NCBI GenBank assembly: GCA_030141605.1
Contig: JAQGDQ010000043.1
Span: 806,001 to 870,000 of the forward strand
Reading direction: 5' to 3'
DNA from: Tubiluchus corallicola
Lineage: Eukaryota > Animalia > Priapulida
Length of the DNA stretch: 64,000 bases
The notes beneath the pieces are model-generated. The model searched no databases. It saw only the letters and a program-made list of their open reading frames with translations, and was not told the DNA's origin. The translations under genes and the position numbers were made by a program. This document shows, piece after piece, positions 47,501 through 55,029 of this stretch; position 1 is the first letter of the stretch, and each line of letters begins with the position of its first letter.

Positions 47501-49402
47501 TGTAGTACGTGCTCAAGAGTACACATGATTCCACGCCCACAATTATTAAAATAAGTTTTGTGATTGTAGCAGAAACACTCTATTTACAAGTTCACATGAA
47601 TCCGATTTTTTTACAATATTCTCAAATCGAGCCTAACCAAAGCCAAGTTGAAACTATGGTGGGCCTAACAAAAACTAAACTGAAAATGCTACAGGTCTAC
47701 AAACGAAATCAAAAAGAAATTAAACAAACTGTAAACAAAAATCACAACTGTCACGAAAGTATTACTTTCAACAAAAAATCATATAGCTTTTTGCTAATAT
47801 TATTCTTTTATAAATATGGTACTTTAATAGGTAATTTGCATATTACAACAATGTAATTTCTTCTGTATTCAAAAACTGCTTAGCACAAAACGATAAAATG
47901 TCACATCGGCATTGCACCCTCTTTGTAAAATCAATTAAACTTCTAACAGTTTATATACATACAGAAGTGTCCTAGTCACTAGGCAGTTGATTCAAGAGGC
48001 TATTAATGCCTTTTCATGTAGAAAATTTACGTAAAGTGTTCCGCATTGGGAAGGAATTTCAAATTTCAAGTAACCTTCGTTCGGGCAAACTATGTAGATA
48101 TCATGACAGAGAAAGTTAAAACCTGCCGCTTGACAATGAGAAAATCAACTATATTTCTGAAATGTGTATGCTATATTACTGAATGCCAACAGTTTTAAGC
48201 TGTATACGACATTTTACAGACTATTCTAGACACCAGTGATACTGCATGGATGTCAATCATGTTGATTCCTTAAGGAAGACAGAAATAATTCAGAAAACAA
48301 TGAAAAGTCTATGCCAACTGAACTCTACTCATATGTTACTAATCTTACAGACAAATAACAAGAGAGTTAAAATTTCAATTGCTACAGTATTTTACTCTAA
48401 TATTTAAACTAACAGAAAATTTCTTCAAATCCTTGATTTAAATGATGTCTTCAAAAATTCTTTAGCATAGTTCTACAGCTCAGTGTAGCCAGTGCTATAA
48501 TGGTAAATTTAAAGGTGGGTATATTGTCTAGGAAGTCAAGTTGGAAGCTGAAGGAGGTAGCACTGAACCTCTAAAGATGACGACTAAATGCATTGGTTAA
48601 GTCTATATACTATAGCCAAACATTTTATGTTTAATCATTCAATGGAAGTTTATCTTTATTAGACTGAGGAAATTTTGCAAAATAAACATCACAATTTTAA
48701 AATTAAACTAACATAAGCAAGTTCACTCAAAAGTCTAAAATTGTGCAGGAAAAATATTAGTCAGTCTAGTCCACAGACTTGCTTTTTGCACTTTTCACTG
48801 CTATGCACTAGGTGTTCTCACTGAAGCAAGTTCAACTAATGTTCACACATAACACATATTAATGCAGGCCAATTCATCAAAATTTCATAATAGAATCCAT
48901 GTTATGGAATGGATGTATTTTCATGTTATGGCGTACATTACAATAAGTACATCACTATGACAGCATAAATTTATGAAATCTTAAAATCATTAAAAACTAA
49001 GAAAATGGGTTCTTAACTTCAATCAATCAGCTGTTCAAGCACTTAGCAACCTGTACTGGCTTAACAGTGCACTTACTATGGTGACATCTTAAATAAAGTA
49101 TTATTAGTGTGTAAACTCTTATCGTAAGTGAGTATACTTTACAATTTACTGTATTTTAGGTATACTGAAAAATTATGCCAAGAGCAGGCAGTGAATATAC
49201 GAAGCCGTTTACCCTCCACTGCACCACTGAATGTAGCACCTGTTAACGGTACTAATGTATAAAATTGAGGCCCTGCCAATTAGGCACTTAACAACACAGT
49301 AGTAACGTACGTAAGTACATCTAACGTTTTAACATCATCAACACAAAATTATTCTCACTTTGAAAGATGCTTCAATATCTGGTTTTTAATAATCCCAGCC
49401 AT
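1710..49402 (-). CDS. BLTP3B: Bridge-like lipid transfer protein family member 3 (UHRF1BP1/UHRF1BP1L/SHIP164 co-ortholog); 24 coding exons, ~1652 aa
   Basis: Spliced N-terminus MAGIIKNQILKHLSK|FAKNLSPDRIQLSTLKG...LPSWL...|IQWTKLK matches the chorein-N start of human BLTP3B as I recall it (MAGIIKKQILKHLSRFTKNLSPDKINLSTLKG). Internal motifs GFAEKVVDG, GEVLTFKEVEWQTLRIEA, LILDDLLWVLTDTQLKA, QFWIDY..KGRPVSFV and KLLKQYYS also match. All introns are GT-AG with compatible phases; the summed CDS is 4959 nt. Probably co-orthologous to both BLTP3A and BLTP3B. Confidence 0.96.
3038..3155 (-). CDS. BLTP3B: BLTP3 exon 23
   Basis: catag|DDRPPNNITSPGPVPIILRVDAAVVMRDLLGVFHFKPTN|gtgggc; resembles human DDSP...PAPVTVHID..VVER..DGSFH. 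Confidence 0.9.
3193..3866. mobile_element. pogo/Tigger-like MITE (degenerate)
   Basis: ta|cagtaaatcctctcttaacgacac at left; diverged inverted copy gagtcattaagtgagaacttgcta at right. Confidence 0.6.
4050..4184 (-). CDS. BLTP3B: BLTP3 exon 22
   Basis: ttctag|VATQGLELQLLMSSLTGMIDLIEDEIITPPLPMELMLHNTKVRLQ|gtttg. Confidence 0.92.
4911..5047 (-). CDS. BLTP3B: BLTP3 exon 21
   Basis: ttgtag|..TEADEE...LRFISGP...AEDRGFLQ|gtgctg; resembles human LRFESGPG..AEKNGFLQ. Confidence 0.9.
5438..5588 (-). CDS. BLTP3B: BLTP3 exon 20
   Basis: ttttcag|MSVISWTLNNIEV...WGNINYEDF; the phase-1 donor is most likely A|gtaata at 5437, though nearby alternatives exist. Confidence 0.82.
7170..7352 (-). CDS. BLTP3B: BLTP3 exon 19 (acidic, LIR-like motif)
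   Basis: ttgcag|HSDLSDDDSDQFVMV...KKDW|gtaagt; phase 0/0. Confidence 0.88.
7708..7998 (-). CDS. BLTP3B: BLTP3 exon 18
   Basis: tttacag|ISNPVQSG...EETLSM|gtgagt; phase 0/0. Confidence 0.87.
8529..9252. mobile_element. hAT-like MITE (degenerate)
   Basis: Ends taaagatgctaa / ttaacatcccta; (t)atcg-rich subterminal repeats at both ends; TSD not clean. Confidence 0.5.
9295..9481 (-). CDS. BLTP3B: BLTP3 exon 17 (SPAHS repeats)
   Basis: tttcag|FELANAAMFQPVG...MHEQ|gtacat; phase 2/0 fits neighbours. Confidence 0.82.
10645..11429 (-). CDS. BLTP3B: BLTP3 exon 16
   Basis: tttttag|IRLSQGMFNTLAQDDIWSVTMDQFWIDY...THYQYL...|gtaagt; largest internal exon. Confidence 0.95.
11966..12108 (-). CDS. BLTP3B: BLTP3 exon 15 (Ser/Pro/Arg-rich insert)
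   Basis: atgtag|RTFEKPKRVSLVRTGSLDSSPPRGSP...KPKE|gtaaaa; phase 1/0 bridges exons 14 and 16. Confidence 0.82.
12861..13287. mobile_element. Second, inverted copy of the 1183-1580 element (intron 14)
   Basis: Shared blocks such as ttgtcaagtgtacacaaatg, tttttgcgatcatcatcaat and ctgccgcatca; terminal IR agccttttcac / gcgaaaaggct. Confidence 0.75.
13570..13837 (-). CDS. BLTP3B: BLTP3 exon 14
   Basis: tttacag|LVVPAEKEVINQPERPKAIQIQVSNLVMTNCR...|gtgggc. Confidence 0.9.
14143..14315 (-). CDS. BLTP3B: BLTP3 exon 13
   Basis: ttttcag|PCPNLCIQVN...IIWLNSFLLNL...HADIRIEALMPR|gtttg. Confidence 0.93.
14881..15130 (-). CDS. BLTP3B: BLTP3 exon 12
   Basis: taacag|SDRVSPKP...RLMSNVMILRLDDF...LYLP..YYFPQETDFP|gtgag. 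Confidence 0.93.
17066..17167 (-). CDS. BLTP3B: BLTP3 exon 11
   Basis: catatag|AQEAIRLAHQSSNPSTQASSVASNSPNAKPIESR|gtaagt; phase 0/0. Confidence 0.82.
17226..17843. mobile_element. Putative Kolobok-like MITE
   Basis: 11-bp IR ttgaaggttcc / ggaaccttcaa, resembling a decayed TTAA|AGG terminus. Confidence 0.4.
18591..18682 (-). CDS. BLTP3B: BLTP3 exon 10
   Basis: tatag|GDRKHWVRYSEGTTCHHKWVKQLLDKFREQ|gtaac; resembles human HWMYFSD....NGWANELL. Confidence 0.9.
19174..19290 (+). repeat. G-rich minisatellite (~31-35 bp unit, ~3.5 copies)
   Basis: Repeated ggggagag(g)ggagatcaaatga(a/g)tg(t/c)gtggggg. Confidence 0.85.
19711..20053. mobile_element. Palindromic element of two divergent tRNA-derived (SINE-like) heads
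   Basis: Arms 19711-19847 and ~19922-20053 are inverted copies, each with A-box-like sequence and a B-box (ggttcaactcc / agttcaaatcc) followed by ccaac..ttcacattt.ctgtctttcaa. Confidence 0.7.
20124..20216 (-). CDS. BLTP3B: BLTP3 exon 9
   Basis: ttatag|VKLHSHAVEGGAMQVTLYKLIYDFYPFHVA|gtaagt; resembles human GGAMQL...DYYPYH. Confidence 0.9.
20995..21145 (-). CDS. BLTP3B: BLTP3 exon 8
   Basis: tttcag|VQVQN...FTKFDVVETSYHVYCGRIDLHLCED..|gtattt; resembles human FDVKETSHH...LDLHICDD. Confidence 0.92.
21824..21987 (-). CDS. BLTP3B: BLTP3 exon 7
   Basis: ttccag|CSVVTSRLQLILDDLLWVLTDTQLKAA...HLQ|gtgg. Confidence 0.94.
22206..22306. mobile_element. 101-bp PIF/Harbinger (Tourist-like) MITE, near-perfect hairpin
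   Basis: ~33-bp TIR tggcacattcagacgtagagacttctcttgcag / ttgcgagagaagtctctacgtctgaacgtgtca; TTA on both sides. Confidence 0.8.
22900..23010 (+). mobile_element. tRNA-derived SINE-like fragment
   Basis: B-box gggttcgaatccc preceded by gcatgcagaagact; no intact cloverleaf. Confidence 0.5.
23069..23297 (-). CDS. BLTP3B: BLTP3 exon 6
   Basis: ttgtag|LSRVQVRSMSPTWQVVDLRMTRI...RLITNQARCRVTLKKRLS|gtgtt. Confidence 0.95.
24087..24195 (-). CDS. BLTP3B: BLTP3 exon 5
   Basis: ttccag|VQSGYGFAEKVVDGIFVCINSVVVNFSSRAFHACLQ|gtgagt. Confidence 0.94.
24638..24716 (+). repeat. 38-bp tandem duplication
   Basis: ttgtat(t/a)tctcattctaacc(a/t)tacaggta(g/c)tactgtc, two copies. Confidence 0.85.
25905..25987 (-). 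CDS. BLTP3B: BLTP3 exon 4
   Basis: cttcag|FLDEVVIDMETCEHLRPMSPLNSPANL|gtaagc; resembles human LDKVIMEMSTCEEPR. Confidence 0.92.
28130..29490 (+). mobile_element. Decayed DNA transposon, Academ-like (XPG/Cys-rich C-terminal remnant at ~28450-28830)
   Basis: Broken reading VTEAFLSL..MLVLERFVVLIYDKASTLMSVD..NLFTR..AALLQH..LPSSFDWDWKK..PLWT resembles the LERFV..YD/AL.QH/LP.P..WGW/W.PLWT region of Academ-type proteins. Related subterminal sequence at ~33500-33710. Boundaries approximate. Confidence 0.6.
29015..29070 (+). repeat. (GAT)n/(AAT)n microsatellite
   Basis: atgatgatgatgatggcggtgatgatcatgatgatgatgataataacaataat. Confidence 0.8.
30305..30343 (-). CDS. BLTP3B: BLTP3 exon 3 (39-nt microexon)
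   Basis: ttttcag|IQWTKLKSQPICI|gtaagt; resembles human IPWTKLKTHPICL. Confidence 0.93.
34330..34430 (+). mobile_element. Solo decayed arm of the tRNA-like palindromic family
   Basis: aatccaggctgtgttccaaccttttcacattacctgtctttcaag matches the arms at 19711-20053. Confidence 0.65.
36080..36172. repeat. Dispersed repeat, inverted copy at ~60820-60950
   Basis: gctgctaaccacaactttctg and aaatttcatgaaattatattta recur as reverse complements (cagaaagttgtggttagcagc; taaatataatttccatgaaattt). Confidence 0.7.
37086..38249. mobile_element. hAT-like MITE with gtac/tacgg subterminal repeats and an internal 67-bp tandem repeat (38035-38195)
   Basis: TIR caaggctgtcaatacggt / accgtactgccagccttg; flanks agtagtag / cgtaccag (decayed 8-bp TSD); 67-bp unit starts at 38035, 38102 and 38169. 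Confidence 0.75.
38740..39150 (+). mobile_element. Decayed CR1/L2-type LINE ORF2 3' fragment
   Basis: LPQNMDYGNVIWAGC..INTLDE resembles the post-RT P.LDY...VW motif. Confidence 0.5.
39558..41478 (-). mobile_element. Helentron-associated (HINE/pearl-like) element with internal tandem units, split by a ~1.2-kb insertion
   Basis: Terminal hairpin atcgaagtctgca..tgcagattcgat (39564-39597); the unit aaacagctctaatt...aaggacatccc..aatcacc..aaatttca.ctcaa recurs at 39690-39930 and 41170-41360. Confidence 0.55.
40200..40700 (+). mobile_element. Non-LTR retrotransposon 3' remnant with CCHC knuckle
   Basis: ALTLLLGRGTKSFMHHLGLTEMDQCPCGGGAQTSVHLIFEC matches the T..LTGHG....L...CPCG..QT..H.LFEC C-terminal motif of R1/I-group ORF2. 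Confidence 0.7.
42484..43940 (-). mobile_element. Internally deleted hAT transposon retaining the 5' end of a ZMYM1/TTF-zinc-finger-type transposase (42881-43255)
   Basis: Exact 8-bp TSD tacttcat (42476-42483 and 43941-43948); TIR caggggcgtcgtgc / gcacgacgtcactg; ORF MSRQSSLTSFFK...YPKTKMGGKSRSFQGQWF. Confidence 0.9.
44080..44242 (-). CDS. BLTP3B: BLTP3 exon 2 (chorein-N)
   Basis: tttttag|FAKNLSPDRIQLSTLKGVGDLQDLELNEDVLMEVIDLPSWLRVTKANCNRLHVK|gtaaat. Confidence 0.96.
44524..45253 (-). mobile_element. Non-autonomous Buster/SPIN-type hAT element with transposase C-terminal remnant (44775-44890)
   Basis: Exact 8-bp TSD gtttaggt (nnnTAnnn); TIR caggggtgggcaaa / tttgcccacccctg; RSLLSGSNLHAVMRIST/NLTPDFKKIVKSCVQLHSSH* resembles the GTF2IRD2/SPIN transposase end. 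Confidence 0.9.
46700..47060 (-). mobile_element. Decayed LINE apurinic-endonuclease domain
   Basis: ISILHAFSPPN, FIY..AH, SYDLNL and W.SVSTIG are spaced like the I.I..VY.PP, GDFNAH, S.IDL and W.V...SDH motifs. Confidence 0.45.
48020..48650 (+). mobile_element. Decayed CR1-like ORF1 end / endonuclease start
   Basis: Fragments VFRIGK, LLNANSFK and GYIV*..(G)GVAL across frameshifts. Confidence 0.4.
49359..49402 (-). CDS. BLTP3B: BLTP3 coding exon 1
   Basis: ATG GCT GGG ATT ATT AAA AAC CAG ATA TTG AAG CAT CTT TCA AA|gtgag = MAGIIKNQILKHLS(K). Confidence 0.95.
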
Positions 49403-49730
49403 AATAATAACAAATTAGTTTCCGGCTAACTACCAAAGCAATCTACGAATTAACGCACACACAACATAATTTTCTCGAGTATATGAAGCGCCATCTGTAA
49501 AGGATCTTTGCTCATTTGCAAAACATCTGATCGCTTTAACGCACCGTTGAATATCGAGTACCCCCAATGACTTTAACATCGAAAACAGAAAGACGTCCAA
49601 GACAGTGGTCTAACGTAAATTCAGTAACATAGCAACATGATAATTAAAGCATTAGATACACTAAAATATAAGATTATTCAGTGGTGGTACATTCGTGAGC
49701 GAACTGTCCAAATATCACAATAAAAGTAAG
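49403..49730. promoter_or_regulatory. Probable BLTP3 promoter/5' UTR, possibly shared with SSBP1
   Basis: Lies immediately upstream of the BLTP3 ATG; locally CpG-richer; gcgccatctg (YY1/CTCF-like) at ~49487; plus-strand consensus donor aaa|gtaagt at 49726. Confidence 0.4.
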
Positions 49731-50227
49731 TGAAGCGAAGCAACACAATATTCTGTGCCTCAGTAGGTGTTTTCTTAGTTCCATGCAAAATGTTTCCCAC
49801 TCCAGTGATAGAGGCCAATTTTTGCACAGGACTCTGGACCGTGCTTATAGTGATAGCACTACCTCATTCTGTCTAGGAGATCATTATAGTACGATACTGC
49901 AACCAAATCACACAAACAACTTTGAAAATAGTACCAGCTGTTGCCCTGCCTGTCACATATTTTGGGTGAAAGTTGGGTATATAATAATATCAGTTATGTA
50001 GTTGTAGTTTGTTATTTACAGTGAGCGACAAAAGTATCATAGCAGCCTCGCGTTGTCCATTTAATTTAAAGCCGACTTTAAATAAAAGTGATTATTATTA
50101 CTATTATTATTGTTGTTGTTGAGGTTGTGATTGTTGTTGTTGTTATGCCACATGACAGATACAAGTCGATTCTCTAATGGAGAACAAATCAACTGTACAG
50201 TAATAGCCATACTTATAGATTTAACAT

Positions 50228-51190
50228 AGGTAAAAATGGCACATGGAAATTAAAATATCACAAGAAAAATCACATGGTAAAAACGGCACAGGTGATAATG
50301 ACATGCACAAATGGCACAAATTGGAAAGCAGGAAAATGGCACGTGTTATTTCGATACAAATAATATCTATAGTGAAACTAGTATGCACTCAGTAGGACGA
50401 AGATCTCCACCGAGGTCAGAAAAAATCCCTAATGGTTGCCTGAATTCTTCTGACTGAAAAAACATAAAGCAAAGCTAAACAAGCAAACATGCAAAAATAC
50501 ACATGTGTTGATATCATAAATAGAGTTATAGACTATAGCAAAAGCTCACAAAATATTTTGTACATTAAATAGAATCAGAATCAATAATGCATGAAAATTC
50601 CCCGAAGTGATTGACCACATTTCTTTAGCCATTTGACGATCGTAAGAGACTGGTAAATGTACGTATTTATGTACTAAGTCAGCTTATTGGGCTATGTGCA
50701 TGTTTAGGCAAAGGTTATAGACACCACCACACAGTTCTCCAAGTGAAAATTTCTCAAAATGGAATCTAGCACTAACTTGTGGTGGTTTGTCTTGGTGTAG
50801 ATAAAAGGTAATAAAAAATTAGTACCTTATCATGTAGTCAAGTCCTCCTTTTGAGAAAGAGCAATAACATTCCATCTGAGACTTCCACAAAGTGCTTCAC
50901 AAATGTTTTTTGTACATGATGTTCGATCAGGTTTTGGGAAAGAAATGATGTCCATTTTGGCAGTTTTTGCCGCTCTCCCATTCAGGAATCTTTGCCAAAA
51001 TGCATTCCTTGTTAACTACACACATCGTTCGCAGAGTTCGTGGTAATCTGTTATGTAGTTTAGGTATACGTACGTGTTGATAAAGTAAATTTGCAAGTCA
51101 CATACAAGCCAGCATGTGAATGGTGGTCGCGTTGGAAGTCTAAATAAAGAAGATTGATTTGAATCAGAATTGCGCGGGAGGCGACAGCGT
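50228..51190 (+). mobile_element. Composite foldback/Mutator-like MITE arm + nested HINE (partial copy)
   Basis: aaaaatggcaca repeats followed by aaactagtatgcactcagtagg...; colinear with the reverse complement of ~62270-63020. Confidence 0.75.
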
Positions 51191-51439
51191 GCACTCTGTG
51201 CAGTGATTGCTGAATCTAAATTTTGTTTTAATTTAAATTATTAGTTGTTATTATTTCGTGTTGTTGATTACACATCCGAAAAATTATTACAAACTAGGCG
51301 AACATTATTACAAAGCTGCTGATTTTGTTTCCATGTTGTAGTGTTGAACTAGTTTCACTTCCCGCAGAAGTAGGCACAAGGAATTTGAAGACTGTCAACA
51401 CATGTATGTCAAGTGAATAAGCTACAGTGTTGGTAAGTA

Positions 51440-54400
51440 GCCTAACTTAGTAAGTAAGTGAGGTCTTGCCTGATGAGCCTGTGTGATTCTGCGATTCCAC
51501 TAGATGCACTTCGTCAATAGATGAGCAAACTCTCTTTAGGTTGCAAGATCAAATTTCACTGTGTTTTGCGACCGTACTTTCATGTTTCTTTTGTACTGAC
51601 GATTTCTTTTTTAATTCATCTCTTCACCAATTTGCTTGCGCTTCATCATACATATTTCAACATATTTCGCCACACTTTGGAGTTTATGTATATCATTTCT
51701 GCATAAATCATCTACAGTCACTTTAATCTCATCGGATATTCCTCGCTTGTTTTCCTCACATTCAAATAAGTGCTCAATTGTGTCATTCTCTTGTTTACAC
51801 ATTGGGCATAATATGTTATCCTTGTGCTTATTCCGGTAATTACGTCTGACTTCTATCATGTTCAATCTTATATGCAGTAGATCTGTTGTTATTTTCTGGC
51901 TACCCTGCTGAACATAGATTTTACATTTCCATTCTGTATTGTGCAAAAATCTTAGTTTTGTACTATCTACTACTTTAAGCTGACATTTTGAGTTTATGTA
52001 TCTCATAATAATTTTACTATAATTTTATTTTCATTAGTGAAGTCAGGTAGATAAATTTCCATGGCATCACACAGAGATGTGTGTTAGATAGGCAGTTCTT
52101 ATGTATCTACTGTAGGTTGCCATTGTTACGGGTTTTTTAAAAAGCTCATTGCAGGACTGTTTGACATCTGCCACAACTTGGTAAATGTAAAATCCATTCA
52201 GTGTATTAAGATATATCTACATTGTATTTTCTAGCTATCATTAACCCTTCACCCTTCCCTGTCATTTCTAAATTGGCATTGTATTACTTTATGTGCTAAC
52301 CGTTTCTCCTCAGAGATAATAAGGTTATGATAAAACATTTTCATATAATCTATTTTTTGCTCCATTGGCCATAATCCAGTTTCCATTATTATTCCCCAAT
52401 AGGGGGTTGCGCTTAAATTAAATTAAACATACTTCTTACTGTTTTATCTTGGATTTGCTCAAGCTTCTTTACATCACCTTGAGTCATATTTGCCCTTGTT
52501 TCACAGGAACTGTGTATTGTTGGCAAAGCAAGTGTTTCATATAATATTAGTTTTACTGCTCCTGAATATTTACCCACATTTCTTTCTTTAGCTAGATTGT
52601 TTACATATGATGTTCTAAATTTATTTTTCTTTTGTCTTTCTGCAATTGAAATTTCATGGGTATTTTGACAGTTTATCCAACTTCCCAGATATTTGTATTG
52701 CTTTACTTCATTTATGTTTCTGTTCCCTAAGCTTATCTGTGAATGAGGCAATACCATTTTTACCTTTGTCATTTTGGTTCTCATATAATTAGTTTTTTCT
52801 ACATTAAATCTCATTTGTTTCTTTCTTTTCAATTGTCTACAGTTTTTATATTGATCTAGTACAGTTCCTTTATATATCCTACTCCTAATATATCATCTAC
52901 ATGCAGCAGTGATCCTATTTGTATTTCTGTTCCTAATAATGACACTGAGTTAGTGAATTTGCTAATTTTACTCACAGCTGCCGGGAATAAAATGGGTCCT
53001 AATACAGTTTCTTGCCTTACTGTTTTCTGAATCTCGATTTCGTTTGTATCACCTATAGGCGTTTGTATTGTATAGCCTTAGCCACTTCATTTAATTTAAA
53101 GATTAACACGACTTCCGCTTTTAGCCATAGTTTATCAAAACATTTTTCAGTGTCCCCAAACATCATATACACTTCGTTATTTAAATTCTTATTATAGTCT
53201 AGTGCAGCCCTTAATGTAAATAGATGGTCAGAAGTGCTCCTTTTTCTTAACCCTCACATTGATATATACCCTACATTTTGTTCAAATCTTTCGCTTATTC
53301 TGTTCTTTATTACTTTTTCAAATACTTTGCTAATTATATTAGTAATAAAAATTCCTCTTCTATTTTTTAATTCCAGTTCAAAAATGTTACCTTTTCCTTT
53401 ATATATTGACTTGATTTTCATGGTATTCCATACGTCAGGTATTTTTTTATCTATCACAATTCTATTAAACATGCTAACTAAGCTGTTTATGAAATCACCT
53501 CTTGCTGCTTTTATCATTTCATTTTTCCATCTTTGCCTATGCTGTGATTTTCCATTTTTTTTTTGCTTAATAGCTATTATAACTTCCTCTTTAGTAACTT
53601 GACATACTTGTTTTACATTTGTTAGTGTTTCTATACTCTTATACATAAGATGCATCATTTCTTCTACTTTTAAATCCTCTTGGTTTTTTTCCTTGTGATG
53701 GTGTCAAAAGTTCTAAATAGTATTTTGCATATTCATCTTTAATTTCTTTAACATCTTTTTTCCTTCTTCATCTAGTATTGCAGTAGCTTCTTCTGATTTC
53801 ACTGGGTCTATCCTTTTTTTGAATTCCCAAAAAGTACCATGATCTAATTTATTTCCTTTAATCATCCTTTTAATTGTATTGTTAATTTTTGCTCTTCTGG
53901 CTTCCTGCTGTTGGGTTATAATTAGTTTGTCAATCAACTCTATTCTCAGTCTGTTAATTTTGCTTTTCACTTCATTTCATTGTCGCCAATTCTTCTGGTT
54001 TTTCTTTCTCATTTTCGAGCAATTAATTTTCGAACTATTTTTCTCATACTAGACCTTTTCTTTTTCTTTCCTAGAAAACATTTATCACAAATTTCAATTG
54101 CTTCCTTCTCCCATTTACTATAAAGTTCATATATTCCAAGTTCACTGTTCCAAATTTCGTTTAAATTACTAGCTTTGGTCAAACTATTAAACTTTTCAAG
54201 TCTGTGTTGATTTGGCATGTTGCAGCTGCTTGTGAAAATTACTAAATTTGCTGTTTAGATCATGTAAGTCTTTTTTCAATGCTTGCTAATTTGCACAAGT
54301 TTTTCTGTGCTTTTTTTCAAGTGTGCTGGTAATCATTTATTTCCGTTGTAAATTCATCTAAAACATAGAACAACTTTGCTTCATATTTTCTGTTTACTGG

Positions 54401-54700
54401 CATTTTAGCTGTTTGCTTCAAGTGCTGCTACACGTTCTTATAATTTATTGTGCAGGACCTGTAGAGTTTCATCACCTCACGCAACCCTAGGTACAACCAC
54501 TGCAAATCCATTTCAGTTGACTATAACTCTTTGATTACTTGGTTTCAGCTCTTTGAAGCTGTCTGTCAGCACATTGCTCTCTTCTATCTTAAGCTCTTTC
54601 AATTTAGGAAAAGACTTCAACAGATATGTGCTTACCGCCACTTCACAAAGTAAACCTTTTGTTTTCTCCTTTTTTTAATTAAAATTTCCTTTTTGTTGAC
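51440..54700 (-). mobile_element. Frameshifted non-LTR retrotransposon (CR1/RTE-X-like): PHD-like ORF1 remnant, RT, C-terminal zinc knuckle
   Basis: IKSIYKGKG..NRRGIFITN, FGDTEKCFDKLW, RQETVLGPILF, LLHVDDI, FNVEKT, YKYLG and CPMC...DTIEHLFEC; ORF1-like KGLLCEV / LKWICSGC at 54490-54660; (ctta)n-type tail near 51447-51460; endonuclease not seen. Confidence 0.9.
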
Positions 54701-55005
54701 CCAGTTAACTTTGATCTTACATATAACAAATTGAAAAGAAACATAATGAAATTCTTATTGGCTACCTTTCAAACTTGGTTTTTTTGGTCTAAACACAAAA
54801 TATGTTTAAATAAAAAACTTATTAAGCTTGCTGAGTTTCAATTCCAAGTTGGTATACTATAACTTTAAGGCAAATAAGACTGTGCCTCGTGTATTTTTAT
54901 TGATTTCTCATGCACCTAAAACATTTTCTGCTAATCATACACATAAAAGCTGTCTGTTCTAGGTTCAAGAAGTGCTTGAATTCAGTGAAGAACGAGAAAG
55001 AGAAT

Positions 55006-55029
55006 ATGCTGCACAGAATCGTCTCTAGT
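55006..55029 (+). CDS. SSBP1: SSBP1 first coding exon (exon begins 54963; presequence start)
   Basis: ttctag acceptor at 54961-62; ATG CTG CAC AGA ATC GTC TCT AGT|gtgagt; 8 codons, phase 0. Confidence 0.8.
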
